NCBI GenBank assembly: GCA_030141605.1
Contig: JAQGDQ010000185.1
Coordinates: 310,001 to 374,000 of the forward strand
Source of the DNA: Tubiluchus corallicola
Taxonomy: Eukaryota > Animalia > Priapulida
DNA length: 64,000 bases
Direction of reading: 5' to 3'
A program made the translations under genes and the position numbers. Each line of letters opens with the position of its first letter. Position 1 is the stretch's first letter. Of this stretch, positions 13,445 to 26,926 are shown one piece after another. Under the pieces are notes generated by a model. The model had not been told where the DNA came from and did no database searches. It saw nothing but the letters and a program-made list of their open reading frames with translations.

Positions 13445-13966
13445 CTAGAAAACCACGAGAATTTTATTTCGGTGTCTAAATACAAAACTTCATCATAAAC
13501 TTCATTATTTGGGTCAATCACTATCTGTCTTGTGTAATAAAGACCACGGCTGTCTGACTCTGCGTGTGTGAGTAATTAGAATACTTTAGCTATTCATGAA
13601 CTTGTCAAAGAAAAGAAAAGCCCGCAAGGTTAGAAACAAGACTACGATCGTATTCTGCTAATAACTGTGACACCATCAACACGCACTCGGTATTTCAAAT
13701 AATAAAGTCCTTAAGTATAAATTAAATCATAATACAGAACGAACTGTAGAAGGACTAACAGGCCTACCATAAAAAACAATTTTGAAAGTAAATCTAAATC
13801 AGTAACTACAGTAACAGTTCTGTTGATATACAAGGTCGTTCAGAAAAAAATTTCCCACACGTCAGCTCGCAACGCTTTTTCCCGGCAGAGGCGTTTTTAA
13901 GGAAACCCACTTCAAATTACAACCCGCTTTCTCCTTTTTGTGAGAGCTATAAGATTCCCTCTAACG

Positions 13967-14220
13967 GCGCGTTCTGACTAGAGAGTTTTCTCTCGAGAAT
14001 TCTCTGAGAGTTCTCGCAAAGAATAGAACTTGTCTGTAAGAAACTCGCAAAAGAACTCAGCAACTTTGCAATAACTTACGGCTTCGCGCGTTCTCTCGGC
14101 AAGTTATTGCAACGTTGCTGAGAGTTCTTTTGCGGATTTTCTTGCAGGCTAGCTCTATTCAATCTCAGATAGTTATCTCAGAAAGAAATCTCGAGAGAAA
14201 ACTCTCTTGTCTGAACGCGC
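13967..14220. mobile_element. Palindromic MITE (foldback; PIF/Harbinger-like ends)
   Basis: Left gcgcgttctgactagagagttttctctcgag pairs with right ctcgagagaaaactctcttgtctgaacgcgc; the inner arms ctcagcaactttgcaataactt / aagttattgcaacgttgctgag also pair. Confidence 0.8.
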
Positions 14221-14988
14221 TATCAGACCCACCAAGCGCCGATAGGACGTTTGTCCTATACAGTTCTATACACAAATGGCCGTTTTGCAACGCCGTGTAC
14301 CATAAATGTTTCTTAGCGGTCCTTGGTGAGAGCATTGGAGAGAATTTCGTAGCTCTTTGAACACCATCGAGTTGTATCTTTGGAGTACCTTATACATATG
14401 GTGCACATAACTACACTGTGATGTGAGTCTCTTCTACAAATACCTCAAGCCTCTAACAGAATGAAAGGCTACGGGTTAGTTCGGGGGAGCGTGTTTTCTG
14501 GATAACCCTGTACTTACTGCGGACAGGTAAAATAACTTAACCCACACAAAATTTTTGAAAGCGCATCCTATAATATTCTATACGTGTGTTTTAAAGTACC
14601 CTATGCATGTGTTGCACATTTTTAGGGTGAAATTCCTTAAATGAGATTGTTATGTATACAAATACGTATTACAAAACGAAGTATATGTGTGTAAAACTGT
14701 GGAATACACATTATATGTGTAGAACTGTATCAGAATAATTGCTTAATTAGATTCTCAGCTGTTTCAAGAATTCAATACAGTGTGTCATACGATCTTAGTA
14801 AAACGAAACACTATCTTCGAACAAGTGATACACAGTTTAAAGCTATATATTGCTGGGCTCTTAGGGGAAAATTATTTCCTGAGAGGACTGGAAGCTAAGC
14901 AACCACGGTTAAAATTTCAAAAGTGAAATAAATAATAAAACCAAAATAAATTATTACTATGTGTTGTTGTTGCTGCATGTTGGTACTG

Positions 14989-15201
<213 letters not shown>

Positions 15202-16825
15202 TTATTTGTTTTATCAAACAGAATGTGAAAGTAACTAGAACGAGATCACCATCATTAAACCACCTTTACTGCAATGTCTGCAACCTACATCTCTTGATGC
15301 TACATCTTTCACAGGGCCTGATTTGTAGTTGAGCAAGTACTAATTTCATTGTTTTGCCAACGGCAACACAGTCCTACATGTGAGCGACTACAACGTGTTA
15401 TTTTGCGCCAATACACATTACAAAGAGCTTGTGGTCATACAAATAGCCATGGTCTTGACCAAAGCACGATATAGAATTCCATACTCAAACTCTTGTTTCT
15501 ACGCATGAGAAAACTGATACCAGCAATTCCTAACTGACCTGGTTTTGAAAAAAAGGCGACACTGACAATTTGCCAATGGAAACAAGTAAGTCGCCTTTCA
15601 TTATAACGCCAAGTTGATTTCGTTTGCTTAGGCAAAATGCGTAATTCCTGTAATGTAGCTATAAAAGTGTACAAATTACAGTTGTACAGTAAGCACACAA
15701 ATGAGCTAATTCGTGCATCTATATAACTACCCAACAAAGCAAATAAATATGTAAAAGTTGTAATTATCATAACATATATGTAAAAGCTACAATTGTTATG
15801 ACGTATAAGTAATTATTAGGTATGCAACTTAATAATTTTATAAGCTGGATCACCTTTAGCATTTGGTTAACAAAATTTCCGGGTTTTATGGAAACACGAC
15901 ATTTCATGCTGGGATCGCATTCGACGTATTTTACATACATTGAAAAACAATTAATGTATAACTTTTAATATATAAACACGTAAAACAAAGTCACACATTA
16001 AGCTAACTGCATACGTTTCACGCGTTGTGCACGCATAAAGTAATATATACACTTAGTGTAATCATTTAGAAGGTGTCATTAGCTTAATTAAAACCACTAA
16101 CATTCTAAGTTACACAACAATTAAGTAGTAGACGTACACAAATATTATCTACGCCAACAATAAAATATTGAACTATATTTCTGTATAAAAAGGTCTAACT
16201 TTAACACACTCTTTAACGTTTAAAAAAACACAAACCTTTTTATTTTTCTTAATCCATTGCACTATATGGCTAGTTTGTTCAAATAAACGCATTAAAAACT
16301 GCACTATAATATAAACTTTGTCTGCATGCTGCGAGTATACCTGCCAAATGGATAGCAGCTTGGTGTGGATGAAATTCTTTTAAAACTTATAAACGGAAAC
16401 AAGAATTTATCATCATTAGTTTTTGGGCTATGCACAAGGTCTGAACACACCTAAAATCAAAAATAAAGGTGAAAAGGTTGGGAAAACCTCCCCTTGGCCA
16501 GATTTTCAACGTGCAGTTTTCTGCTCTAACCACTGTGAAGAACATCAAACTAATAATTTCGTCAAACTCAGGTCTACTCACTACTCTGCATGCGCAAAAT
16601 CAAAATTGCATTTAAACCAAATCAGTCTAAAAAGGCGTAAGACTGCAATTAATAGCAAAAGATTTACACATTTGCAATTAAAGTTTTTATAATAATATTA
16701 AGTTTCATTTATTTTAAGTTATTACTATAAAACTTTATAATGTAGGATCACTCAATGATAATTACTGAGAGTTTATTCAGATTAGCATTAATTATTATTA
16801 CCTTTCCGTAATGTAAGTCACTCAC

Positions 16826-16924
16826 ACTGCTGTAAGAAAGTAAAGACAGTTTTGGAGGCGAACCATCGTCATCATCCCATACCGACGGTAACGAGCTTGA
16901 GTGCTTCACCTGTTTAGCGCCCAT
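16826..16924 (-). CDS. Candidate alternative first coding exon of Shroom (MGAKQVKHSSSLPSVWDDDDGSPPKLSLLSYSS)
   Basis: ATG in strong context (ATAATGG), 33 codons, phase-0 donor AGT|GTGAGT in frame with exon 13296-13444; GC-richer than flanks. Confidence 0.55.
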
Positions 16925-19924
16925 TATTAAAGTTATTTTACAAAACAATCCCAATTTCACAAGCTTAGCTTCCACCAGAAATTAATTACTGATTAACCTC
17001 AAATTTCGTTTCATTCGCTGCACTATGCTCTTTCAAGAACTGTCGCCTTGAAAAGACGCAGCATTTTTACACAGGTCATCCACAAAGGCATAACTAAAAT
17101 GTGTCACTGTAAACACTTCAAGTCAAAGTCAAAAATCCCCTACAAATCCTGTAATCTGTTTGTTAGGCACATGCTCTCAAAGGAAGGCCAAATATTCTCC
17201 GAAATACTGATTACTGAAGCAAAAACCATCTCTAAACTAAACCGAAGAGTCTATAACCTAGTGGTGTTATTACGACAAAAATACAGCGAATTATGAGTGT
17301 ACTGTAGGTCTTTGTACCAAGCGATTCAATCGCCCCCAAAAAATTCAAACTTGTTTGTCAAATAGGTCTACAAACACTGGAACTTCTTGTTTGAAATTTA
17401 TTTATTACACTTTGCTTGACATAATAATATCAAGGTTGCGATAATCGTCAAACAATGGCAATTATTTCCTAGACGTTTTAGCATTGAAATACAATTTTGA
17501 TAAAAACTGCGAAAATTTGGCAAGTCATTAAAACTATCAGTTGATGCGTCATTGCCTCTCAGTAAGCATGCTTGTATCAACGAACAAAAATGTTGTACGC
17601 ACACTAATATTATAGTCTTCTGGCTAGACTTTTTTGCATTTAGCCATTTAAAGAAGCACAATAAACCACGTTTGCATATAGTCGACAAGAAGCGCGGAAC
17701 AATTAAACGTAATAACAAAACAATGAGTGTATATTTAATGTTGTTATTGAATAATTATTGCTGTTCTTTTTGCTGTCACAGCACATACACGAATAACAAA
17801 CAAAAAAATCTCTTCTCGTTAACTTCTTCTTTATTTAATAACCAAAATTGCCAAATGAAACTTCCAAATTTCTGTCGAGGCAACGGTAACTATATCAGTA
17901 TCTAAAATATCAAAGACACGACTTGTCGTAAAAAGCACCATAAAATCTCAACAATTGACGGTCGCACGCTGTTAATAGTCCAGGAAGTACTCACTATGTG
18001 ACAATAATTCTGCTTTCTATCTATTCCAGTGCTCAGATACCACCTAATTTTTGAGAAAATAATGCATGTAGCATGACACCGTAATGGTTTAAATTACAGA
18101 CTCTGACCGGTAAAATTTACTCTAATACTGACAACAGGTGTATGCAAACGTCTATTGTTCACGACTTCACGTTTTGACATAATGTTAGGCGATTCGCGAT
18201 CTCACACAATGGCCGGAATTGTGCCGGGTTGGCAAAATGGTCGAAATTGCTCCAAAACGCTGCACGCTTTTCTGCACAATGTGGAACAGAGTTTCTGATG
18301 TAATATTGTGATGGCGAATCGACGAAAACGAGCACAATTATGAAAATTGCCTCGAAGTTCGTGTGGTACTAACAGCGCCAGATCACTGATTTATTACAAT
18401 AATATTTACCCAATGTGAATTAACAATGTAGAGGAAATTTCATCAACCCTGTGTATTTCCTCTGTGAACAACTAACACCATACAGCGCGAAAATGTGCAA
18501 CACAACAGAATACGCACAGCAAAAAAACTTACACAATTAACGAACGGGTCACAAACGGTAACTGGACGATAAGAGTCCTCGTTGTTGTCTGGCTGGTTGC
18601 GCTTGCAAATCTAACACACTACAAGTCAAATTCGTATCATCCTATTTACATAGATTTGTCAGACAATTAAATTTATCGGTACACGTTCAGTGCACTCTGG
18701 GCTAAACAAAGTGCCTCACAACGGCCTCTCTATCTACGAACGCCTAGCCAGACATCAAACATGAATTCTAACTCGCAAAATCTTTCACGGATTTCGGGCA
18801 AATGAGTGGCATTACGGCAGTTCCCCGGTGACCCACGGGGCATTGCTTTAAAGGCATTAGTTGCCTTCGCAAACAGTTTCTACAATGGGCAACCAAATGA
18901 GATTACAGCATTTAGTTCAGCTAGCTACATTTCAACAAACAAAGTGAAATTCTTGGCGAATGTTTCTCGAAATTTGTCACAGCAGGCTTGGGCCCGTTTT
19001 TCACAAATTTCCTTGAGTGACTGGTAAGGCTTAATAATTCACTCAATACAGTTAGATTGCCAAATAATTACCATGTATTCTCTATTACGATAAACGTTTT
19101 AGTTTTTATTAAAATTTCCAATTAAAAAGTTTAGTTTTTTATACTACACAGTAAAATCAGACCTTTACGGTAACGTATCCTCTAGTCTAGGGTTTGGTCT
19201 AACTTTTCTTTTTAATGTACAAGTACTAGCTTTCTCAGATGCAAAAGTAATCATAATGCCCTTAATCAAGGGTTTTCTAAACCTTTATTGTGACTACCAA
19301 ATCTCTTTCTTGGCAAAAGATGGCGCCAAACGACACTTGCAGTAGAGATCTTTCTTAATCAGACTTGACGTGTGGCGATTGTCGAAATTATTTACTAAAA
19401 TATTACCAATTACTTATTGACTAATGAACTACCAGAGACCTTACTTCAAATATATCGTTTCCCCTTTTGCCACCTATTCCAATTTTGAAATTACTGAACA
19501 ACATTAATGAATATCATTGTGAACTGACCCTAGTACTGATAATAAAAGTGCACAACACAACATCTAATTTCCACTGATATGGAACGCCAGCTGATTGCAT
19601 GGATATAAGATAAATGCAAATTTCTTACGAAAACGAAAATGATAATAATACTAATCTGACATTTAGTACAATGACGTACCTATAACGGTAATTTTGTAAT
19701 TGTTTATATAGATCTATCAAATTTACGGAAAAAAACCGAAGACACAAAACAGCTTAATTTCAGAGAATCACCCCAGTGTTAATAAATGTCTGTTACCTTA
19801 CCTAAATTTTTTGCATCAGTATCACCATGGTATTACAGATACACTTAAGATTATAATTTTTAGAATAACGCTGTTTACTCATTTTTCTCAGCATTTTACT
19901 GTTACCAATTTATCAAGTTATTCA

Positions 19925-20110
19925 AAGGGGGCACTACCTTGAAATGGATGGGGGCACTCGTCTTTTCTATTTTCTGGTGCTCCCACACATTTTCTTAATT
20001 CTTTTTAATGATAAAACCAATTTTATAATTATCACGTTTTTTGTAAAACACGTCCCGGCAATGGAGCCCCGGGCAATTGTCCCCTATGCCCTCTTATAAA
20101 TCTGGCCCTG
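19925..20110 (-). mobile_element. End of a non-autonomous DNA transposon (CAGGGCC-type terminus)
   Basis: Ends ...tgtcccctatgccctcttataaatctggccctg, with internal ggggcac motifs typical of hAT-like MITEs. Confidence 0.45.
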
Positions 20111-20528
20111 CTCTTAAGAAGGAGGACCATGATTCTATAAGCCCATCATTTTTGCGAGCATGCGGTACGACATGTTTGGTAAATTAAGGCAGAGAGGCAA
20201 CAAAATACCGTCATCTGCAATTCTTCACGAAGCGTGGGATCGTGCAGTTGGAATTTACAACAAGATAGCACAATAATGCAACAATTGTCAAAGTTATGAG
20301 AAAACAACTTTAAAGTCAATTACCTAATTGTTGTAAATACGCGAGTAAAAGTTCACGAACTAAAAACTCTGTTACAAAAGTTAAAAGTAAAATTGGATTA
20401 AAGTAAACTTTTCTCCTACTTTATTCTATAATGGTTTATAATGCATACGCTCAATTAAGTCATAGCACCGATCTGGCAAATTGTTTTAGTGATAACACGA
20501 AAATACAGATCTGATACTTAATGTCAAA

Positions 20529-20757
<229 letters not shown>

Positions 20758-23700
20758 AGAGATCTGAGACTTGTCTTCTTTAACATAAAAAACGTAATGC
20801 CCTTTATAGTCTCAATCATTATATTTTATTTCAGAAGCTTTCACTCTAGCTTTAAGATTTTTAACTCAAAAATTATTTTGTGCTATAATCTTTACTTTCT
20901 CTACGCTTGCTATTTTAATTGATTTTTATTTGACTTTAAGTCCTCATGTAACCCACCACAAACAATTCAATTTTATGTAACACTGTATCTGTAACACACA
21001 CCACAGCCACTTATACTTTCACAGTATTCATAAACTGCCAAATTTTGTAAACCTCAGTCGGAAGGTTGCAGTACAACCTGTTCAGATAAGTTAACTTTCA
21101 TTCTTTTTACTTTCTTTAATTAATTAATTCTTTTCTGGTAAGACCAATCGTATAGTTCTGGGTTTTTCTTCTGATGCAGCCGTTTTTACTAATTCTCTAA
21201 CTTATTATGTTTCACATTTCTAGTTACTAATTTCGCTTTTAATGTTCTTCTTTTATACTGGTATATACATCTAACATTTCATCTGTAATTTTTAGCTGAT
21301 GATGCCTGCTATCCCGACAGCTTCTGAAATAATATGTACTGATAATATTAGTAAGCTTGTTCAGTGCAATACCATGGGTTATTAGCATTTTAATTAAACC
21401 AGTTGATTTGACGTGCATTATAAAATACAGCCATGCTGACCTATAAGCTTTTAAAAGCCACTGCAGCCGCAGGAGTTGCATAGGCTGGTACTAAACGATT
21501 TTCACCAGACGAGAAGAGGGGAGGAAAGCTTGCTTAAACCCTCCAAATTCCTGCGTTTATTTGCAAGTTTGGGGGCAGTTTTATTATTGGTTTAGTATAT
21601 ACAGTAGCGCTAAAATAATCATCCCACAGTCATAGTCACACGATCTCATTTTTTTATATTAGCGTGCAGTAATGCACGCGTTACACGCTAGCGCCACCTT
21701 TACGATCATCTTTTTAGAAAACAAGTGATTTTTCTACAAAAAGCTGAAGTGCCCTCTAGTTGCTAGTACTCGCAACTATAAATAATAATACTTCTACGTC
21801 GAGGACGGGCTGCATTCACGTTTGTAAACAAAAAAAATGCGTGTACGCTACTCAACAGTATATTAACTCATTTTGTTTCTGAGACCAACAGCAACTTTAA
21901 AGCCACCCATATTTAGCTGTAGGGTTAAATTATCATTAGGTAATATCTACGTAGTATTGACCTAGTGTCCTTCAACATAACAAAATGAAATTATTGTTTG
22001 TGCATTTAATATAGTCAGGACATAAATGACATTGAAAATGACGTATTGGAATTTAGTAAACATGTCATTTACAATCTAATGATATTATTTTAATCTATGT
22101 TCGTAAATTGTTAACATATAAAATTCGTAGCAGGTATGCAACTACTGTAGAATTTGCTACATAACTGCGCCGATATTTGCTTACTGCAATTGCTGTTTGC
22201 AAACTTACAAAAATGCAATGCAGTTTAACCAGCGTGAACTAGTTATTTTGATACAAATTGTAATTTGAATATTAAGATTTGAAGACTACGAAAATATTGA
22301 TAGCAAGTAGTAATTTTCTTAGTCAAAAAGCCAGACATTGTATATCTATTAAATTTTAACTAGTTCAAGAATTTGATTGATTCAATGCAATACTAAAACA
22401 TGTAACCAAATAAGCAGGTTAAGGAAGCAGGTGCTGAGACTACATAAAAATCAGCTTATAAAGTGTTCGACGTGTTTTTTGGATTTTATGAAAATGTCTC
22501 TAAACTGTACAAAATCAAAATAGAAAATTAAACTCAAATTGTTCGTGTATAAACCTATTATGAACTTAAAATGTCAACGTAAGAGTGAATTCGAGTCATA
22601 CTTGGGAACATTTTGTGAATAAAAACAAAAATTTAATTTTGATAAACTGAGATTAACCACTCGTGTAATTATAATTATGTTTCTGACTCACTCCAGGATT
22701 TGCTTTCATTTAAAACTAACACAACTACATTACAATAAGCGTTCGAGTTTTTCCTCTATTGAACCTGCTACAAGTAGATCTCTATTGTGCAGTCTTAAAA
22801 CGCAGACAATGCCATTGACCGAGTAGAACGTGTTACACCAACCACTGCCTTGTTGGAGAAAAACTTCGCTCGCCCTCAAGGCATTTATACCCATTATTCA
22901 CTCTTTAGTCAGTCAGCAGAGTTGCTATTGTTCATTCTCATCAATCAGTTCTTTGCAAATCTTATAATAACAATAAACGCAGAGAAATGAACTGAATTGG
23001 CTCTACATCGACCCAGAACCATTATCACTGCGAAAAATTCTCCACGTGGAAACAACTTTATGGCACCCATGAAAATCTACGAAAAGCAGGTCTTCCATGT
23101 ATACATTGGCAATTATAAAACTGGGTTTACGGGCGCTTAATTTAGAACTTACTTTCGTTCATAAACTAGAGACAATGCTAGTGACATAGTTACACTTTCA
23201 AGGCGCTAAATGATGAAAATAAAACCTCTTTACTGTACATTTTCATAATCTTTTAAGTTATAAACATAATTGTAGAACTGTCTGGTGTCTATTATGGTCG
23301 TTTTCTTTAAATAAGCCTACTGTTTACTCGAAACACTACTTAAAACGTCTTTCCTAAACAGGTATGTTCACTGAGGAAATACTGACACAGTAACGGAGAC
23401 TTTTTCTCAACTTTCCCCATTTAGGGTTACTTTTGAGGGGTACATGTGTAAATATCTATGTACTACTTCTCCGCCATTTTTAACGCAACGGTTAAAGTTT
23501 TTTAAACATCAGTTTTACAGTTAAAGGACAATTCAAACTGAATTGGAACGAACTTTGCAGTGAACATGGAGATATTATTCTAAAATCAAAACAATTAGTC
23601 CAGGCAGTTAAATATAAACTAACACAGCAAGAAATCCATGACATTAAATTGTAATTGAAACTGCTGGAAGTAAATTAATTTGACAGAACAAACTTTTTTG

Positions 23701-24084
23701 CTGTAAAACTCATTTTGGGCAAGAATGATCATAATATGCTCGTAGTAACATCACATTATGCAGGCGGTAATCCAATGTCAATATTTCACATATAATGACA
23801 AATTAAAAGTAATCAAACAACGAATTAGGCCTTGGCCTTGAGACGGGCAAATCTCATTCGCACAGTTTAATACATTAACTTTCGGAAATATTTTTGGACT
23901 GTTGTGGGTCATGCGAAACGTTTGCAGTTTTCTTTTTAAATAGGTGGCGCTGTCGTTCGTGGCAATTTTCTCTCATTGACACATTAATTCATAAAACACT
24001 GGTTACACAGCTGCGCATTATAACAAGTAGCTGGTCAATTTAATTAAATGCCCCTACCTGCCCTTTTATTTAAGTAAACATCTC

Positions 24085-24126
24085 ATTATTGTTGTTGTTG
24101 TTGTCGTCGTCGTCGTCGTAGTCGTC

Positions 24127-24213
<87 letters not shown>

Positions 24214-24224
24214 ATTATTATTAC
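24085..24224. repeat. Compound (TTG)/(TCG)/(TTA) microsatellite
   Basis: Directly visible. Confidence 0.93.
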
Positions 24225-24227
24225 TAA

Positions 24228-24712
24228 TAGATTTTAACCAATCTCAATTTAATGGCCAAAAATAACAGTAGCAACGTTTTTGACCTTTCTGAATGTACGT
24301 TTGAATTTCACCTTGTATAGAATAGACAAATTAACCTTTCTGAAGAAAACTAGTCTGTTTGTCATACTTTCATAAACAATTAACAAACAGTTAAGAAATG
24401 CAATTGCTTATGCATTCGCATCTAAAGTCAAATTTCCCATTACATGTGCCGGCCACACTAAACTTTTTTATCATACACACAGACAAGTTTCAGGAAATTA
24501 AAATCTGCTCAAAGTTGCTTAACAAACTTATGGGTGCAGTGGTGCGTATACTATACTAGAATTGTTTCTGAAAATATCACTAATAGACCAGTTTTCAAAA
24601 AGATTAATGTGACCACACTATACAAGGCGAAATTCAAATGTACATTCAAAAAGATAAAAAACGTGGCTAGTATTATTTTTGGCCATTAAATATAGACTGG
24701 CTAAAATCGAAG
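24228..24712. mobile_element. Element with ~90 bp diverged terminal inverted repeats (MITE)
   Basis: tttaatggccaaaaataacagtagcaacgttttt...gaatgtacgtttgaatttcaccttgtatag (24230-24320) is the reverse complement of ctatacaaggcgaaattcaaatgtacattc...aaaaacgtggctagtattatttttggccattaaa (24618-24710). Confidence 0.7.
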
Positions 24713-24937
24713 TAAAAGTAATTTTTATAAAAGCAGTCTGTAACATACAGCATACATGCACGGACACCCATTTATGATTTATCCACCAATGACAGACTAA
24801 CTTTACTTTTTGCAAAGTCATAAAACAGGGCAGGTATATACGCCTGCAGAATACATCGAAAAAAGTCCTCGGGATAGAAAACCAACGAGTAAATGACCTT
24901 ACAAAGAGCAGCGCCAGATAATAAAAACGCAATTCAC

Positions 24938-26926
24938 CTGCGAATTATCCTCCTTTGTGCTGCTGTGACACTCGTCGTGGGTTTCCTCCTCCCATTTTCC
25001 AAAACTGTCGCCGAAAACACCAGAAACTCTTTGTAAGAGTTGAGCACTGCTTATTTCGGAAGCGTCGTTGAATGTGAATTTTGATGCTGTATCATTTTCA
25101 GGCTGTGGTTCTTTTTCATGAGGCACCTCATTATTCTTATTATTTTCCTTTTCAATAACATTACTAAATAGAGCAGATATTTGCTTTAGCACAGCAGCCA
25201 TGTCACTTTGGCATAAATCACCTTTGTGGTTTACTGGTAGCTCGACAGATTCCGGACTACTTTCCTCATTAGAAGCAGGAAGACTTTCTGAATATTCTAA
25301 CTGATCATCAGACGGTAACCCGTCATCTTTATTAATGAGATAATATGGTGGATTTTGCTCAGAGTTAAGCTTACTTGCAAAAACCGAGTTGTTTTCTTGA
25401 TAGGAGCTTCCAAATACATTCTCACGATTTCCATCAGTGTCACTGGATAGAAAGTCATCTGAATCTGATGGCTCGCTTTGAGATGTGTATTCATCTCCAA
25501 TTCCAGAATCTCTCAGCACATATTCAGACTTTGCTTCAACAAAAGTATTATGTTCATCCAAACCTAGACTACCTACATCACACGCTTCTGCTTCAATGTG
25601 CACAGGTTGGTTTTCCTCAGCCAACATATTTACTTTATATTGCAATATCTCCACATTAACTTCATCGATCCTTAAACCTAGTTCAGTACTCAAATCCTCT
25701 GTTAGGTCACTGAAAGATGTTTCAGTATTGCGACAAGCAGTATTTCCTGTAACATGCTTGTTTAATTTGGTTTCATCAACAATATTCTTTGCACTAACTG
25801 TATCATCTACTTCATTTTTCAAATCGGACTCATCTTGCCAAACAACATCTTCCACATCGTCACTATCTTCGTCTTGCCTTCTTATGGCGTCATTTTTAAA
25901 TACTATATCATTGTTGTCATAAAACTTTTTGTTAATTTTAGACTCAATCTGCAAATCGATGTTAGTGACATCAGTCCACTGAGTTTCCACAGACTTTTCA
26001 CGTTGAGCTTCTAACACTATCAGTGATTCGTCTGCTGTATCATTCATTCGTTCCATCTGCTTTTGCTCGCTTATTTCCTCCACTTCACCAACTGTTTCGT
26101 TATACTTTGAAATATTCATTCGTTCCAGCTGCTTTTGCTCGCTTATTTCCTCCATTTCATAAATTGTTTCGTTATACTTTGAAATAGTCATTCCTTCTAA
26201 CTGCGTTTGCTCGCTTATTTCCTCCATTTCACAAACTGTTTCGTTATACTTTGAAACATTCATTCGTTCCAGTTGCTTTTGTTCGCTTATTTCCTCCATT
26301 TCACAAACTGTCTCAATATACTTCGAAACATTTGTGAAGCTTTTAAACGAAGGTTTCTCGTAATTTACCTTACTATTCATCACTTTCCCATGACAGTTAT
26401 TTATATTACCTATTTCCAGTGGCAACACATTATTATCTCTGTCACCACATAGAAGCTGCTGGTTATTTTCGTCAGCAGATAAATCCACATCAGCAATACT
26501 TTTTCGCGTCCCTGCATCAGCAATGTTTGTCTCGACATTCACAGTTTCGCGTGCTTCACCATCTGATTTTGTTAATAAATCAGGACAACTTCCATTGCAA
26601 ACAACGTTGAGGCTGCCATTTTTCTCTATATCAGCCGAGGAAAATGGTTTTACTTCCAATGCCAGCGCATTGGACTCAGCGTCAATATCTGGAGACGATG
26701 ATACGGGATAATGTTCCTTATTTTTCCAAACTGCAGACCATTTCTTCATACGTTGCCAAGATGTATGTATCAGTTTATTACGAAGAATTTTGCTCTGCCT
26801 TGATGTCACAGTTTCGCTTGAAGACCCTGATTGGGCAACGCAAAGCCCCGGTTCAGATTTCCACCTCTGAATATCTTGTTGAAGCGGAGACTTACGAGAA
26901 AGAGTATTCTTTAACCAAGACGTCAT
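24938..26926 (-). CDS. Large acidic low-complexity exon (663 codons) inside Shroom intron 1; probable alternative exon of Shroom or a nested gene
   Basis: 2 kb stop-free frame in AT-rich DNA, rich in D/E/S/N; first ATG 26926; phase-0 donor CAG|GTGAAT at 24938, after which composition changes and a stop follows at 24899. Confidence 0.7.
26041..26328 (-). repeat. Coding minisatellite, 4 x 72 bp (24 aa SKYNETVCEMEEISEQKQLERMNV)
   Basis: 72 bp period (cattcattcg at 26041, tattcattcg at 26113), frame preserving. Confidence 0.92.
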
